Shown here: positions 9,940-24,169 of the stretch, in pieces | Layout of the letters: the number at the start of each line of letters is the position of its first letter | How positions within the stretch are numbered: the first letter of the stretch is position 1 | Source: Camelus ferus | Lineage: Eukaryota | Assembly (NCBI RefSeq): GCF_009834535.1 | Contig: NC_045711.1 | Span: 372,001-436,000 of the forward strand | DNA length: 64,000 bases | Reading direction: 5' to 3' | Notes under the pieces: model-generated | Databases searched by the model: none | What the model saw: the letters and a program-made list of their open reading frames with translations, nothing else | Told to the model about the DNA's origin: nothing | Translations under genes and position numbers: made by a program

Positions 9940-11140
9940 AGATAGAAAGCCAAATTTTCTGGCTCTCAGAAAAGGAGTTTCAGATGAGGAAGGGGAAAGG
10001 CTAGAATGAACCCTGTTATTGAGCTGGAACTGAAAATATCAGTCTGCACTCGTGGTTTTTAATACAGGCAAGTAATAGAATTAGATACAGGTGTATGTGT
10101 TTGTGTGTATACATACAAGTATACACACAGTTCCTAGCTTTGAGAGCTGAGAGAGCCTAGGAGCAATGACACTGTGGTACCAATGAGTACTTTGTACCCA
10201 GATCCTGAGTCTTAAACAGCATTATCCAGGGTTCTTTGGAGAAATGGCTGATTCTAGGGCTCACACAGGGAAAGTACAAGATAAGCCTGGAATATTATAT
10301 AGCTCCAGAAAGAAAAATGCTCAAAAAATTATAGGCACATGTCAAAAGTGCTCAGTAGCCAATTTGAAGGGGCTCCCAACGGCTATATCAGGGATCACAA
10401 ATGCAAGAAGATACATAATTATAACCTACAAGATAAAGAATCCAAGACTCCATATTGATGTGACTTTTAAAAATGAATAAATAAATAAATCAGGAACAAG
10501 GAAATGTTCCTTCCTTACAAGTGAATTCTAATAAATGAATAGAAAATGATGGAATTAGAAAATCACCACAGTAAAAATTGTTTCAAGGAAGTATTTTCAA
10601 TAGATGCTAAAGTTAGTGCATAAAAGAATGAAATATGAAGTGAGATATTTACATAGTTTCAAAGTATTTCCTCACGAGATAAAGTATTAAATACAAAAGG
10701 AAAAATAGTAACTTGATATGAAGAAAACTGGCAACCACCATCTCAACCAAGTGATCAAAATTAACATCACCAGTAGTGGGACACATGGACTTCCTGTGAC
10801 TCCTGATATACCAAGAAGGATATAACATCACTTCTGTGTCACAATTAAGGGGAAAAAAAAAAACCCAGATGAACTCAGATGAATGGAGACTAAGAAGACA
10901 TGACAACAGAATGCAGCATGAGGATAGACTAGATACTATACCAGCCACAGACGTTAATGAGACAGCTGGCGAAGTGTGACTGAGGTCTTTCCCTTAGATA
11001 GTAAGATTAGATAATGTATTCGTGTTATGACTTTGATCATTGTACTATAATTATATAAGAAGTTTACATTTAGACTATCTGGCAGAAGAATACACAGGAA
11101 TTCTCCTTACTGTTTTCCCAGTTGTTTTGTAAGTGAAATT
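9940..11140 (+). mobile_element. Old L1 (L1MC/L1ME-type) 3' region
   Basis: A-rich; contains ctcaaccaagtgatcaaaattaacatcaccagtagtggg and other L1M 3' UTR-like blocks. Confidence 0.6.
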
Positions 11141-11274
11141 ATTTCAAATAGAAAAGACATAAAATTTAAATGAGTCAATCAAAAAACATTTAGTCATATA
11201 GGGGGTACACAGACAGAGCCAAATTGGACAAGTGGTTCTACAAATGACTAAAGTTTGGGGACAACACACTACAG

Positions 11275-11414
11275 CAGTGCTTCTTAACTTTTAACGTTCA
11301 CATGGATCACTTCTTAAAATGCAGATCAGTAAGTCTGTGGTGGAGACTGCATTTCTAACAAGCTACCAAATGATGCCAACGCTGCTGGTCTCAGGAGCAG
11401 ACTGAGGAGCAGAG
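11275..11414. mobile_element. MER5A-like hAT-Charlie MITE
   Basis: cagtgcttcttaac...aaaatgcagat...ctgcatttctaacaagc...gatgccaacgctgctggtc. Confidence 0.7.
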
Positions 11415-11574
11415 CCCAACACCATGTTGTCCTCCAAACATACTTCAGGTTTGCTCTCTATACTCCAAAGATACATAGTTGCTTGTAATTGCTGGCAGCT
11501 ATGCCTGGAATGCCCTACTCATACCTACCCTCCCTATTTCCTTTTCAGAAGGACATTAGTAGCTTAAAAAAAAA

Positions 11575-11670
11575 CCTATCAGCTCTGCCATTCACCAGCT
11601 GGGTGGCCTTGAACAAGGTACTTAACCTCTCTTAAGGTTTAGTTTCTTCATCTGTAAAATAAGTTAATGT
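11575..11670 (+). mobile_element. MIR fragment
   Basis: ctctgccattcaccagctgggtggccttgaacaaggtacttaacctc...tttcttcatctgtaaaat. Confidence 0.7.
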
Positions 11671-14218
11671 GACAATGAGGAAAATGATCTTCCAAGTAGC
11701 ATTCAGTCAATAACTGTAATTCAGACATGCAGTGATCATTTATCGAACTTGTAGAAGACAATACTCAGAATACATTAAATGACAGAAAAAGGAACTATAA
11801 ATATTTTGATAGGCTACAATTATAGCATTAACCAACAAGATGAAATACAAGAGGTACAAAAAGGAAGTCCTGCATTTAGATTTTTTAAAAATAAACAAGA
11901 CATAAATGGAGAATTCAACTAATAACACTGACGAAAATAAGAACTGAAGTATTTCAGTTGACAAGCTCCCAGCAAATCAACAATGTGAATCCTCGCCCCC
12001 TCACCACCACCCCCAAAAAGGTAATATAAACTTAAGTTGAACTAACAGAAGTTTAATGTCCATATGAAGGAAAAAAATGTTATTGGTCCACCGTACCCTG
12101 ACATCTGAAGGCCTGTGTTTAGTTCTTGGCTGAATAACGTAAAGCACAAGAGTAAAATATCCAAAGGAGGGCATATGAGAAATGGCTGAAGGGAGGTGAG
12201 AAAAACTGTTGTAAGAGATACATCAAAGTTGCAGGTCCTGGCTATTCACGAAATGGTGCCAAGTGTCTAGAAGAGGCAGCTGCTCCTCTGCTCTAGCCAG
12301 TGGTTGACGTCGGAGAACAAAGACCTGCAATTACCAGATCTTCCAGAGTTTTACAGAGTAGCTAGAAATCTGGAATGAAATACGAAACTTTCCAATCTTT
12401 AAAGGTTGGCAACTATTAAATGAAAACCCTGTGCAGAAATGAAATGGGGGTTAATTTGCAACCTCTCTTGAATTTAAATATCTGAAGAGATTGGTTCTTA
12501 ATTAATTCAGGGACAAAACTCAGAACATGAGTTGAAGCTACATGGAGGTATACCATATTATAATATAAGGTAGAACTTTCTAGCATCTAGCTAACAAGGG
12601 AAATTGGCTGTCCCTGAACAGAGTAGTATGTGCTCACTGGAATCCTCCAGCCAGCATCCAATGACCATCTCAGCAATGTTGGGGATGAAACTGAACTTGA
12701 TGATGTGTAAGGCTCAGTGTCCAACACTGAGTCTCTAAGTCCACATACATATAACCTATTGCAATCTATTTAAAAAAAAAAAAGTCTTTTCTCTGGGTTA
12801 GTAAATGAATAAGTGGTTTTTTATAAAGAGCTTGTAAGGGTACAAGGGGTCCTCCTGCAGGCAGAAGGATGTGGGCTTCATGATTCAGTTGGTATTAGAC
12901 ACAGATCAGAAAAGTGACTTGGATAAAGTAAACATTTGAAACATTTTCCTCTCAAACTTGTGGATAGGGAAAGAAAGACAAAAAGTTTCACCATTGCCTT
13001 CTTTGTTGAGGGAAAAAAAAAAGTTTTACCACTGCTTTTTTCACTGCCTAGTTAAAACAAAGCAGAGGTGGCAGTTATTTTTTACCATTAAAAAGAAATA
13101 GGTTCATGATTAGAATACGCTTCTTGCAATTCAATAAACCTTAAAATGATAGCATCTGTTGCACAACCTGAATAAATAAATACATAAACATATATATACA
13201 CATACACACATATACATATGGTTTGGTTTTTTTTTTTCCCTCTCCTAAATGAGCATAGCGCTTGACACATAGGAGGCCCTAAAATAAGCAAGCAGCTCCT
13301 AAGACTCAGGAAAGATTATCTCCTCCAGAAAACCCTCCTCACAAGTACCCCTTTCTACATTCTTTCATTTTCAGCCTATGGCTATGTCATTGCATACACA
13401 GATTGCAGGTTTCTTGGGGCAAGAAACCCAGTGAGAGTACAAGATAAGGTGAAAAAAGACAGGGCCAGATCAGTAGGACTTTAGCTTGAGGAAAAAGACT
13501 AGATTTTATTCTGCCTGCAAGGGAAGTCACTGAAAGGTTCTAATGGAATGCTGTGATTTACATTTGTAAGAGATCAAGTTGGGGCCATTCTTCCTCTCTT
13601 GGATTGGCCCACTCCTAATTCTCGGGAGTGTACTATCTTTCTCTATTTTTTTTTTTACTTCACTAATAAAAATCTTGCTTATATCACACTTAAAAAAAAA
13701 ATCAAGTTGGCATTTATGTAGAAAATGGTTTTGCTTTGCTTGCCTTTGGAGGTGGGATGGAAGTTGGGATACCAGTGAATAGATTACTAGAATAATCTGA
13801 GTTAGATTAGAGATAAGTGTGTCTTGTATTAAAGTGGTGGCAACTAAAATGCAGATATTCAAAGTATATTTTTTTCCAATGTGAAACTAAGAAGTCTATT
13901 AAATATCAGTGCTTTGAAATATAATAAAGTATACACATATTTAGGACTATAAAAATTAAACTTACTTTAGATACTTGGCATATTCTGGTTCTTTCCAGTA
14001 AAGCAAGTACTTAAGATAATTAACAAAAGCTTTGTCTTTGAAGTAACCTCTCTGGGCAAGAACTGAAAGGCATAAAAAAAAAAAAACACACCATCTGTAG
14101 AGCAAACCAATCCTTGGACTACTGATTTGCGACTCCTAACATAAACAAAGAATTTACTTACATAACATCCCCAACACCAACACATGCTAAATTCAAAACA
14201 CAAAGGTTGCTCAATTTT

Positions 14219-14266
14219 ATATATATATATATAGATAGATAGATAGATAGATAGATACATATATAT
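14219..14266. repeat. (TA)n(GATA)n compound microsatellite in MED31 intron 2
   Basis: atatatatatatagatagatagatagatagatagatacatatatat. Confidence 0.9.
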
Positions 14267-14322
14267 CAGTATAAGTATAGCAGTAATTCCACTGAATTGA
14301 GAATATATAAAAGTAGATACTA

Positions 14323-14503
14323 AAGTCATCCTTTGGAATCTGCAGGGGGACTGGCTCCAGGAGACCCCGTGGATACCAAAATCCACAGATGCCCAAGTCC
14401 CTTATACAAAATGGCACAGCACAATGACTGGTAATATTGTCACCCTCCGTATCCAGGGATTCAACCAACTGCAGTTGAAGCCTCGGATACAAAGAGCCAA
14501 CAG
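14323..14503 (+). mobile_element. Short MER2/Tigger-like MITE
   Basis: ggataccaaaatccacagatgcccaagtcccttatacaaaatggc matches the MER2 left arm; degenerate TIRs; preceded by TA. Confidence 0.7.
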
Positions 14504-15399
14504 CACTATGAATTGCAACTCTTCTGTCAGAAATCATTAATTACTACTCAATTCAATGAGGTGCTCGACAACTTACAATTAAGGTAATTTGGGTTGGCTA
14601 AACACTGCACAAATTCCAACTCCAACTGAAACCGAAGTCGATTTCCAGCATCGTCTAGGAGAAAAGATAGCAAAAACCATCCAAAATAAACTCCTGTATA
14701 TAATATTGATTTGTAGCAATGAAAACAGTAGTAAAGACACCTGACTAATGCTGAGATACATTTCCACATAAAAGAAGGGCATGGGTTGTTTTCCTAAACT
14801 GGACGTGGGAGGAGAAAAACCTTCCTGAGAAGTCTAAGAAAAGCAAAGCCTTGATTAAAAGGAATAACTCAGACGTTTCTCTAAAGTTAAAGAGAAGTCA
14901 TCAAAGAAAAGAATACACTCGTTTATTACTCGTAAGCCACTATGTAGGGATTTTAACAGCGATCACTGGAATAGGTTGTGGTAACTACGCTTTCCCGTAT
15001 TTTAATAATGTGTTGCAAGTTGTTAAGCGATTAAGTTCAGCAGAAACAAAGGGAATGCTAAATTCATTAAGAAAAAGTTCAGAATGCAAGCTGAAAAGGA
15101 CTAAGGCGAGTACTGAAGATCAAGGAGCGTGTGCTCAGGTGAGTAGCGTCAGTGGCAGACTAACACACAAGTCTGTCGACGATACTGAAAACTTCTGCAA
15201 GCTCATATGAGACGCAGAAAACAAACGGAGGAGGCAGTTTAAGATAAAAATCCTCTCCCTTAGTTTCGCCGAAAGCCGTCGGTGTTTGAATAGCAAGTGA
15301 GGAAAAGGAAATGACCACAAACCAAACTCTGAAGAAGCCAAACCACCTGTGCTCTTCCAGACGCTAGAAGAGATCCCCCAGTCGGAACTCTCGCCCAGC

Positions 15400-16341
<942 letters not shown>

Positions 16342-16999
16342 GATGCTTCCTTTCCTGGGGCCATGAGAGGGCCATGGCCCTTGGCCAGGGCAGAATTGCA
16401 GCCAGTTCGAAGCCAGCCTGCTGCCAGATGGGCCCATCATCTTTGGTTTCCTGGAAACAGTCCACAAATCAATGTGAGAAAAAGCCAAGATGCGGTTTCG
16501 GGATTCAGCCAACATTCATTGACCCTTCTGCACCTTGGACCATCCTGCCTTTGACCCAATGAACTATTTTAACTATTTTAACTTAAGCCACCGCAGAAAA
16601 AGTTTTCAGACCCTAGATACTGTGTAAATTGAGTTGATGGACGTAGAGGCTGTTTGAACCTCTGACCCAGGTGAGTTTTGGATTCTTAGCCTCCTGAATG
16701 ACCTTCGCTGCTTCATATTTAGGGACAGGCAGCAAGCCGAAATCATGACTGGTGGAATGATTGTATACCTACCGAAAACTGAGGGGCAAAGAACAGGCTT
16801 TTCTTAATTAATTAGTTGGCCTTTGTTTATGTTTCAGAATAAGCGGTTCTTTGTGCTGAGCCGTTGTGCGTGGCAGCCCCAGCCACATATGTTTTAACAT
16901 AGGCCAAATGTAGGTCAAAATGAAAAATGAAGGTCCACATCAGGAATCAAGAATAGTCTTAGAAGGGAATCTTGACCTGTGATTCGAGGAGGTGCAGGG

Positions 17000-18310
17000 G
17001 AGGAATGTTTACTGAGCACCTACTCTGCGCCAGGCATTATTCTAGCACTGGGGCTACAGCAGTGGCCAAGGCAAATAGGGTCCTGGTGCTTGGGGAGCAT
17101 ACACTCTGGTGAAGAGGCAGACAACAAATGACAAAATGAGAGTTTTCAGTTGTGATTAACACCATGAAGGAAATAAACAAGTAGTGGGATAGAGAATATA
17201 TGTAAGGGGGTTCTTTAGATAGAATGGTCAGGGAAGGCCTTGCAGTTCAGGCAACATTTGGTCTGGGACTTGTGTAGTGAAGAGTGAACGGTGCAAAGAT
17301 CTGCGAAGTGCATTCTAGGTAGAGGAAATAGCAAGTTCAAAGAGTGGAGGGGAGCAAGCTTGGAATGTTCAAGGAGCAGAAAGAAGACCAGTGTGGTTGG
17401 AGCTTAGAGAGGGAGAGTAATATATGGAAGAGAGGATGTTAGAGAAGTAGGCAGTGGCCAGTCCTTAAGGGTCTTGAAAGCCACCATAAGGAGCTTGAGT
17501 TTTATTTTAAGGCCGAAGGGAAGACATTAGGAGGGTTTTCAGCATGGGAGTGACATGATGCAATTTGTATTTTTAAAATATCCTAGTTCTTGTGTGTAGG
17601 ATGTGGTAGTTCTCGACCAAGGGTGATTTTTAGCCCCCAAGGAACATTTGACAATGTCTGTAGACTTTTTTGTCACAATTTGGGGGGTGGGAGAGGATGC
17701 CATTGGCATCTAGTGAGTGGAGACCAGAGATGCTGCTACGCATCCTAAAATGCGCAAGACAGCTACACACACACATGCACACACACAGACACCCTCCCCC
17801 CAAAAGGACTGGAGACTTAGTCTAAAATGTCAGTAGTGTGAGGCTGAGAACCCCTGATGTAAGAGGCAAGAGAGGAAGCAGGAACTCATTAGGAAGCTAA
17901 TGTCATGGTCCAGTAAAAGTTGATAGTGGCTCGTATTAGGGTGGCAGAAGTGGAGCTGGAGAAGAGAGAGCAGATTAGGGGTGTGTTCTGGAGGCGGAGC
18001 TGACATGACTGATGGATAAGAAAGGTGAGGGAAGAGGAATAATAGAGAATCAAGGATGACTTAACTGAGTTTTGGTTTGAGCAGTTTGGTGTACGGTGGT
18101 GCCATTTACTAGGGGGAGAAATACTAAGAGAAGATCAGCTTCAGGAGGGAAAATCAGTTCTATTTTGGCCATATTGAGTTTCAGGTGCCTATCAAGTACC
18201 CAAGTAGAGACACTGAGTGGCAGTTGAATGCAAGAGGCTGGCTACCATAAGAGAGGAGTGGATTGGAAATATAAAATGTGGGGTCATCAGGACATAGGTG
18301 ATATTTAAAG
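17000..18310 (-). mobile_element. L2 LINE interrupted by MER20
   Basis: tttactgagcacctactctgcgccaggc (reverse L2 3' end) continuing to about 18310. Confidence 0.75.
17604..17856 (+). mobile_element. MER20 (hAT-Charlie) nested in L2, with an internal (CA)n stretch
   Basis: gttctc...catttgacaatgtctgtagac...ggcatctagtgagtggagaccagagatgctgct...aaaatgtcagtagtgtgaggctgagaacccctg. Confidence 0.8.
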
Positions 18311-18718
18311 CCAGAGGACTGAACGACAATCATCTGCCAGTCTATCTCCCTCGTTTTATGCCCCATGAGTGAATTTGAGATCTTGTTCTCCAGGGAGCAC
18401 CAGCTGGATAAACACCTCTTCCCCTTCTGTCACCCCCACAGGATCTGCCTTGACCTACCCAACTTTTCCTTGCCTGTAGACCTTTGGTAGGCATCAATAA
18501 GGGAGAAAATTTGCACTGAAGTGTGATGCAGATGCTTCAGAAAACTTGACTTTCACAGGCAATGTTACACTGTTCCTGGGAAGTAGGCCTTGAAGGTCCA
18601 AAGTTCAAATTTTGGGGGTTTTGGGAGGGGTTTGGGGGGAGTTGGCATGGATATCAATGTGTAGTCCTAGTCCCAGGTTCTCATGGGGTGGCTGAAGAAC
18701 AGCTGAATTGATCTATAA

Positions 18719-18947
18719 CAGTTGGTTCTCAACCCGAGGCAGTTTTGCCCGGCAGGGGACGCTTGGCAATGTCTGGAGGTATTTCTGTCACAACCCTGGG
18801 CGTTGGATGCTAATGACATCTGGTGGGTGAAGGCCAGGGATGCTGCTAAACATCCTACCATGCACAGGGTCATGTCCCCACTGGACCTCCAACAACAAAG
18901 AATCACTTGGCCCAAAATGTCAATAGTACCAAGGTTGAAAAACCCTG
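18719..18947 (+). mobile_element. MER20
   Basis: cagttggttctcaacc...ggcaatgtctggagg...ggccagggatgctgctaaacatcct...ccaaaatgtcaatagtaccaaggttgaaaaaccctg. Confidence 0.85.
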
Positions 18948-19184
18948 AAGATTCTAGCAGCTTAGAAAGCTAGAGCATGGCCCATTAGGGGAAGCACTCC
19001 ACTTCGTAGCAGATTTGCTGTGGGAAAGGGGTAGTGGCCTCGGTCAGATGTTGGGTCAAGAGCTCTCAGAGGGGAGAGATGTGTTGTTTTTTTTTTTTTT
19101 TGAGGAGACCTTACACCCCTGCTTTCAACAATGTGTGATATTTACCCCAGCTTTCTTTTGACCATTATTAGAACAGTGCATCTT

Positions 19185-19930
19185 TTTCTAACCTATTTGT
19201 GTCTTTATATTCAAAATTAATTTGTTGTTAGTATTGTATAGTTGGATCTTGTTTTCTTTTAGCTTAATAATTTCTGCCTTTTAATTAAGCTGTTTAGACA
19301 ATTTATATTTTCTGTGGTTATTGATGTGGCTGGATTTAAATCTACCATCTAGCTGTTTGTTTTCTATTTGTTCCCTCTGGTCTTTGTTCCCTTTTCTTTT
19401 TTTTTTTTTTTAAGATTAATTTAGTATTCTTAATTATTCCATTTTATCTCCTTTGTTGGCTTACTCATTCTTTTTTACTTCAGTAGTTTTCATGAGGCTT
19501 TATAGTATACATTTTTAAGTTATCATCTTCCACCTTAATGTGATATTTGTACGACTTGACACACACTGTAAGAATCCTACAAGAGTATCCTTCTGTTTTT
19601 CTTGGCCTTTTTGCTCTTGTTTTCGTACGTTTTACTTATACATGTTGCAAACGCCACAGTACATTGTTAGCATATTTGCTTTAAACAGTTGATTGTCTTT
19701 AAAAGAAATTTAAGTGATAACTTTTGAAAGCTCTTTATATTTAGTCTCATAGTTAGCATTTTGGGTGCTTTCCTGTGTGTAAACCAAATTTCCACCTGGT
19801 AACATTTTCCTTCTGCTTAAAAGACTTCCTTAATCATTTCTTCTAGTGCAGGTTTGCTGGTGATGGATTCTCTTAGTTTTTGTATGTCCAGTAAAATCTT
19901 GATTTTGCCCTCATTTTTGAAATATATTTT
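19185..19930 (-). mobile_element. Old L1 fragment
   Basis: T-rich; atttcttctagtgcaggtttgctggtgatggattctcttagtttttgtatgtc typical of reverse-oriented L1M. Confidence 0.65.
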
Positions 19931-21779
19931 GAGAGTCATCAATCAAATCTAATCCCATCAATCGAATCTAATCCCTTTGTTTTACTTAATGAGGAAACAG
20001 GCCTAGAGTAAGAGCATTTTGCCAGTTACGCCGCATTTGGCCCCACCTGCAATGGCACTGCTCGCTCCGGTCTCCCAGAACAGCAAAGATTTCGCCACTG
20101 GAAACTCACGCGTTTAGATGTCAATGGCCTGTCCATGTTCCCCTTTACAGATACCAGAGGAGAGGGCTGAAGTCATTAAGTTGCTCTTTAGTGTGTTTTT
20201 AAAATCAGATTCCTTTACCAGATCCAGGGCCACTTCATCCGTTAGGCACGGCAGGTTGTAACCCTAGGGGCTGTGAACTTCGTAGGGGGCTGCAAAAGTG
20301 GTTGAAGTTTGAAAAATTCATTGACTTCAAAATACAGAAGGAAAACAACAAAATTGAAATTAGTAAGTTTCAAGATGCACACATTGTAATATGTGTGATA
20401 TGATATGGATCAGGACCTTCAGAAATAAGGGTGTCTAAGACCCAGGTCTTAAAGTGGCTCTGCCAAGGTCATGATAAACTGACATCTGGGCTCTGGTGAG
20501 ATGACAGGGTGGGGGCTCTCTTCAAAAGTGATAAGACTGGTAGATTTTATTTCCTTTTTCCCCCCCTGTGACCAGACTGACCTTCCCACTAACTGAGGAA
20601 CTAGACCTCGGATAAGTGAATTCACCTCTCTGGGCCTCACTGCCCCCACTGAAAATGAGATGTTTGGACTAATCTGTAGATCTAAGATTCCCAAGACGAG
20701 GAATGCAGACACTACTGCTGTGCAAGATGATTTTAGAAGGTATGGAAACATTTTTTATTTTGATAATTAAATATTTACTTTCGTGTATATTAGATTTAAA
20801 AAATGCCCCTAGCCCTCAAACTTGCTGCTTCACCAGTATTTGACCTTGACTATAGTAGGCATTTTTAAATGTTTAAATGAATTGATTCAAAGAAAAAATA
20901 ATCAAGTTCCCCGTAAACAGTAGGCCTTGGGTGTGGCCAGAGGTTCGAAAGTGATGTGGAACACACTGACTGACGTTTGGGAAATAAGGTACTAATTTAG
21001 TTCCCTAAGTGAAGGTTTTTTGAACTCCAGGAGAAAGCCTGATTATAATTAGCATTTTTCTTATTAATGAAGTAAAAAATAAAATGTATAGAATATATAA
21101 GAGTGTCCACACATAGTAAAGGTAAGAATTGCTTTGTGAAACTTTTGTGTACGTCACAGTATAAAATAAGTTAATACTGGGAGTCACTGTGAAAAAGTTG
21201 GAGAAAAGTGCCTCCTCTGAGTCGGTGACCATCTCTGAGTTTGTGCCATGACAGATGGTGGACAGCAGAGGTCAGACAGTCCCCACATGGCTGCAAGGGC
21301 TGAGCCTTAGCTGAGCAGAAATCTCAGAGGCATGCCAAGTAGACAGAGGCCTGAGGCCAGGCCTGAGGTGACAACTGTCAGGAAACCCGCTCTTTTGCCT
21401 TCAAGCGTGACCACTTCTGAGAGAGATCAGAGTACCCTGGTCCTCCCCTGGGCACTCAAGGGGGCACAGCCCCAGCCACTTCCCATTCTCCTTCCCCAGA
21501 CTGAATTCTTGTCTCTGGACTTTCAGAACACCCTGGGGATACTTCAGTGCCTAGTGTCTCTCAGACCGAGCCCTCTGATTCAGGACTGGGCCCTAGCCAT
21601 GTTTATCTGGGAAAAACCTAAGCATCTTCATGTGACGTGCCCACCTTGATTTAAGGGAGAACGCTCATGTCTCACATTCCCTTCCAAAAGGAACCTTGCT
21701 GTCTGAGCGCAGCGAACACGCACTGAGCACTTGTTTTCCCCCAGGCACTGTTCAGCACACTCAGGCCTTCCTCGCGTCT

Positions 21780-21895
21780 GCATTAGGTAGATCAGGACAC
21801 TGGGACACAGAGAGGTTAAGTGACTTGCACCGGGTTACTAGCTAGGAAGAAGAGGAGCCAAGATTCAAACCCAGAGCTTGTGCTCTAAACCACTG
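21780..21895 (-). mobile_element. MIR fragment
   Basis: acagagaggttaagtgacttgc...ccaagattcaaacccag. Confidence 0.65.
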
Positions 21896-22439
21896 GCTTC
21901 TGCTGGTCCAAGAGGACTAGAGATCTATTCTGCTATGTGTTGTATATACTTCAAAGGATCGTGAGGGGGTAGTTTGTCCGGAGAAATCCTGGAGGCCATC
22001 AGAAGAGCCTGGCCTTCAGTTCTTGGGCATCTCTGCCACTAGGTCACTCTGGACCCTCTGTGCCACAGCCACTTTGTGCTTGTACTCACTCCTGGAAGCA
22101 CATTTTCTGTGACCTGGTTCCAAGTTCTGCTGGGAATCCAACACCGCTCCCTGGAGGAACAGGAGGAGGAACATAGGCATGGGAGTTGGTGAAACCAAAG
22201 CAGCTGCAGGACTTGGTGTTCTGTGAGCACGATGCAGCAGGTGTCGCACGACCCAGCAGGCACTTCTGGATGAGGGTGTGACATGTACCAGCACTCTGTC
22301 AAGGGCGTTAGTGTGCAGGGCCTGCATCCAGTCCTGAGACCTTTAACTCATGGCCAGAGCCTGGCTGTGATGCAAGAGATGTTATAATTTCCTGGAGCCC
22401 AGGAGCCAGCGTCAGGAGCAGGCCTGGCTCCTCACTGCC

Positions 22440-22897
22440 TCTCTGATCTCACCTCCTACCCTTGACCGCCAGCCCCAATTCCTTTCCATCTTGTTTGTCG
22501 TCATGCTAATCCTTAAATATGCCATTTATTACTGCCTCAGGGCCTTTGTACTTTCCATGTATGTTGCCTAGAATGTTTTTCCCCAGATTTTTAAATGATT
22601 TGCCTCTTCACATCATTTAAGCATGAAATAAAATATGGATTTTACTGATTAAATACCTGCCTTCCTCCCTGATCCTCCATCACCCTTAGCCCCTAATCTT
22701 TATTTCACAATTTTCCATAGCACCTTCCACAATGTGAATTTATTTGATTTGCTGCATGTTTACTGTCTGTGTTCCCCACTGGAAGGGCAAGGACCCTGAC
22801 TTGTTTGTCACTATATGCCTAAAAGCATATGATAGTACCTAGCACAGAGGAGGTGTGCAATAAGTGTTTGTGGTACATGTGACTGAATCAATGAATG
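22440..22897 (+). mobile_element. L2 3' end
   Basis: ctgcctcagggcctttgtact...agtacctagcacagaggaggtgtgcaataagtg...gaatcaatgaatg. Confidence 0.75.
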
Positions 22898-24072
22898 AGC
22901 AGTCGGGATGCACCTCAGGATCCTCAGCATTTGGGCTTAGACTGGGGCTGCCACTGCGCTCTGTCCGTCTGGGCAGGATCGGCCGGGGCTGAGCCAAGGT
23001 CTTTGGCAGGCTCAAGGGTAAGGAGCTGGGGGCGGCCTAGGTGGCTTCTCCCACCTGTCCTTGGCCCTCTGATGTTCCTTCTGCCAGGTAAAGTCGTGCC
23101 TGTCCTCAAGGCCCTGCTCCATTTCCACCTCCCCTTGCCTAGTCCTGCACCCCATCCTGAGCCCACTTCCAAGTGTTCTCACTCCCACTGCTGCTGCCTC
23201 TTCTGACAGCACCCCATGTGACTGCTCTTTGAATTGCTCCTCATTGATTACTCCTGTCTCTCTCTCCCATGAGATTGGAAAAACATCAAGGGCAGGGACA
23301 ATCATAAAGCCTCTTTGTGTTCAGTAACTTTGCATGGACGGAATGAACAAGGTTAGGTTTGTCTGGACCAGGCATGGTCACTGAATGTTCTTGGCCCCTG
23401 TAGGGCAGAGCATCCCCTGACAGTAAGCAAGTACATGGGGTGTAGCTTCTCCAGAGCATGAGTAAGGGACACATTTGGAAAGCCAGACAGGCTTTGAATA
23501 AAGGCAGAATTGTTCCGTGATGCTCGCTCACTCATGTACTATGTGGTCTTTTCTCTTTCTCCTTTTTGTTCACCCACAATATACCGAGTTCCTACTCAGT
23601 GCCAGCTTCTATGAGCTAGGGGAAGACATAAACTGGATGTTTCAAGTTTAGAATCAGATCTGTGCCTGCTGTTGGGGCAGGCCAGGAGGGGGTGACCCCA
23701 TGGTCCCTGCTCCCTTTGCCTTCAATCTGTTGTAAGTTGCTTTCACCCCGTGATGCTTCAGTCGGGAGTCCAGACTTCAGCTGACTTAAATGGATTACTG
23801 TGTTTGCGAATAGCAAGACACTTCAGAGCCTGCAAAATCACTTTATCCCTTTTCTTAAATGAGGATCTAACTCCACCATACCTCTTCTGGTTTGGCTTTT
23901 TGGGGTACGACCTTGGAGTGACTCAGCAGGCATCACCCAGACTCCCTGGGGCCACCAGAGTAAGCTGGCCAGGTGGGCAGGCTCGGTTGTGACTGTCTCC
24001 CAACCAGTCTGAGGTCGTGGTTGGAGAGTTCCAGACAGGGAGTGGCAGGGCAGGTCCCTAGGGAAGACAGGA

Positions 24073-24107
24073 GTGTGTGTGTGTGTGTATGTGTGTGTGT
24101 GTGTGTG
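24073..24107. repeat. (GT)n microsatellite
   Basis: About 17 GT units with one interruption. Confidence 0.9.
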
Positions 24108-24169
24108 ACCAGCTGGGAGTCAAGAACCACTGTTCACCAGAAGGGCAGGGTCACCGGAGCATCTAGCTG

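Noticed and set aside
21960-22340. Non-repeat, coding-looking segment (possible decayed retrocopy)
   Set aside because: All frames contain stops and I could not match any translation to a known protein; needs BLASTX
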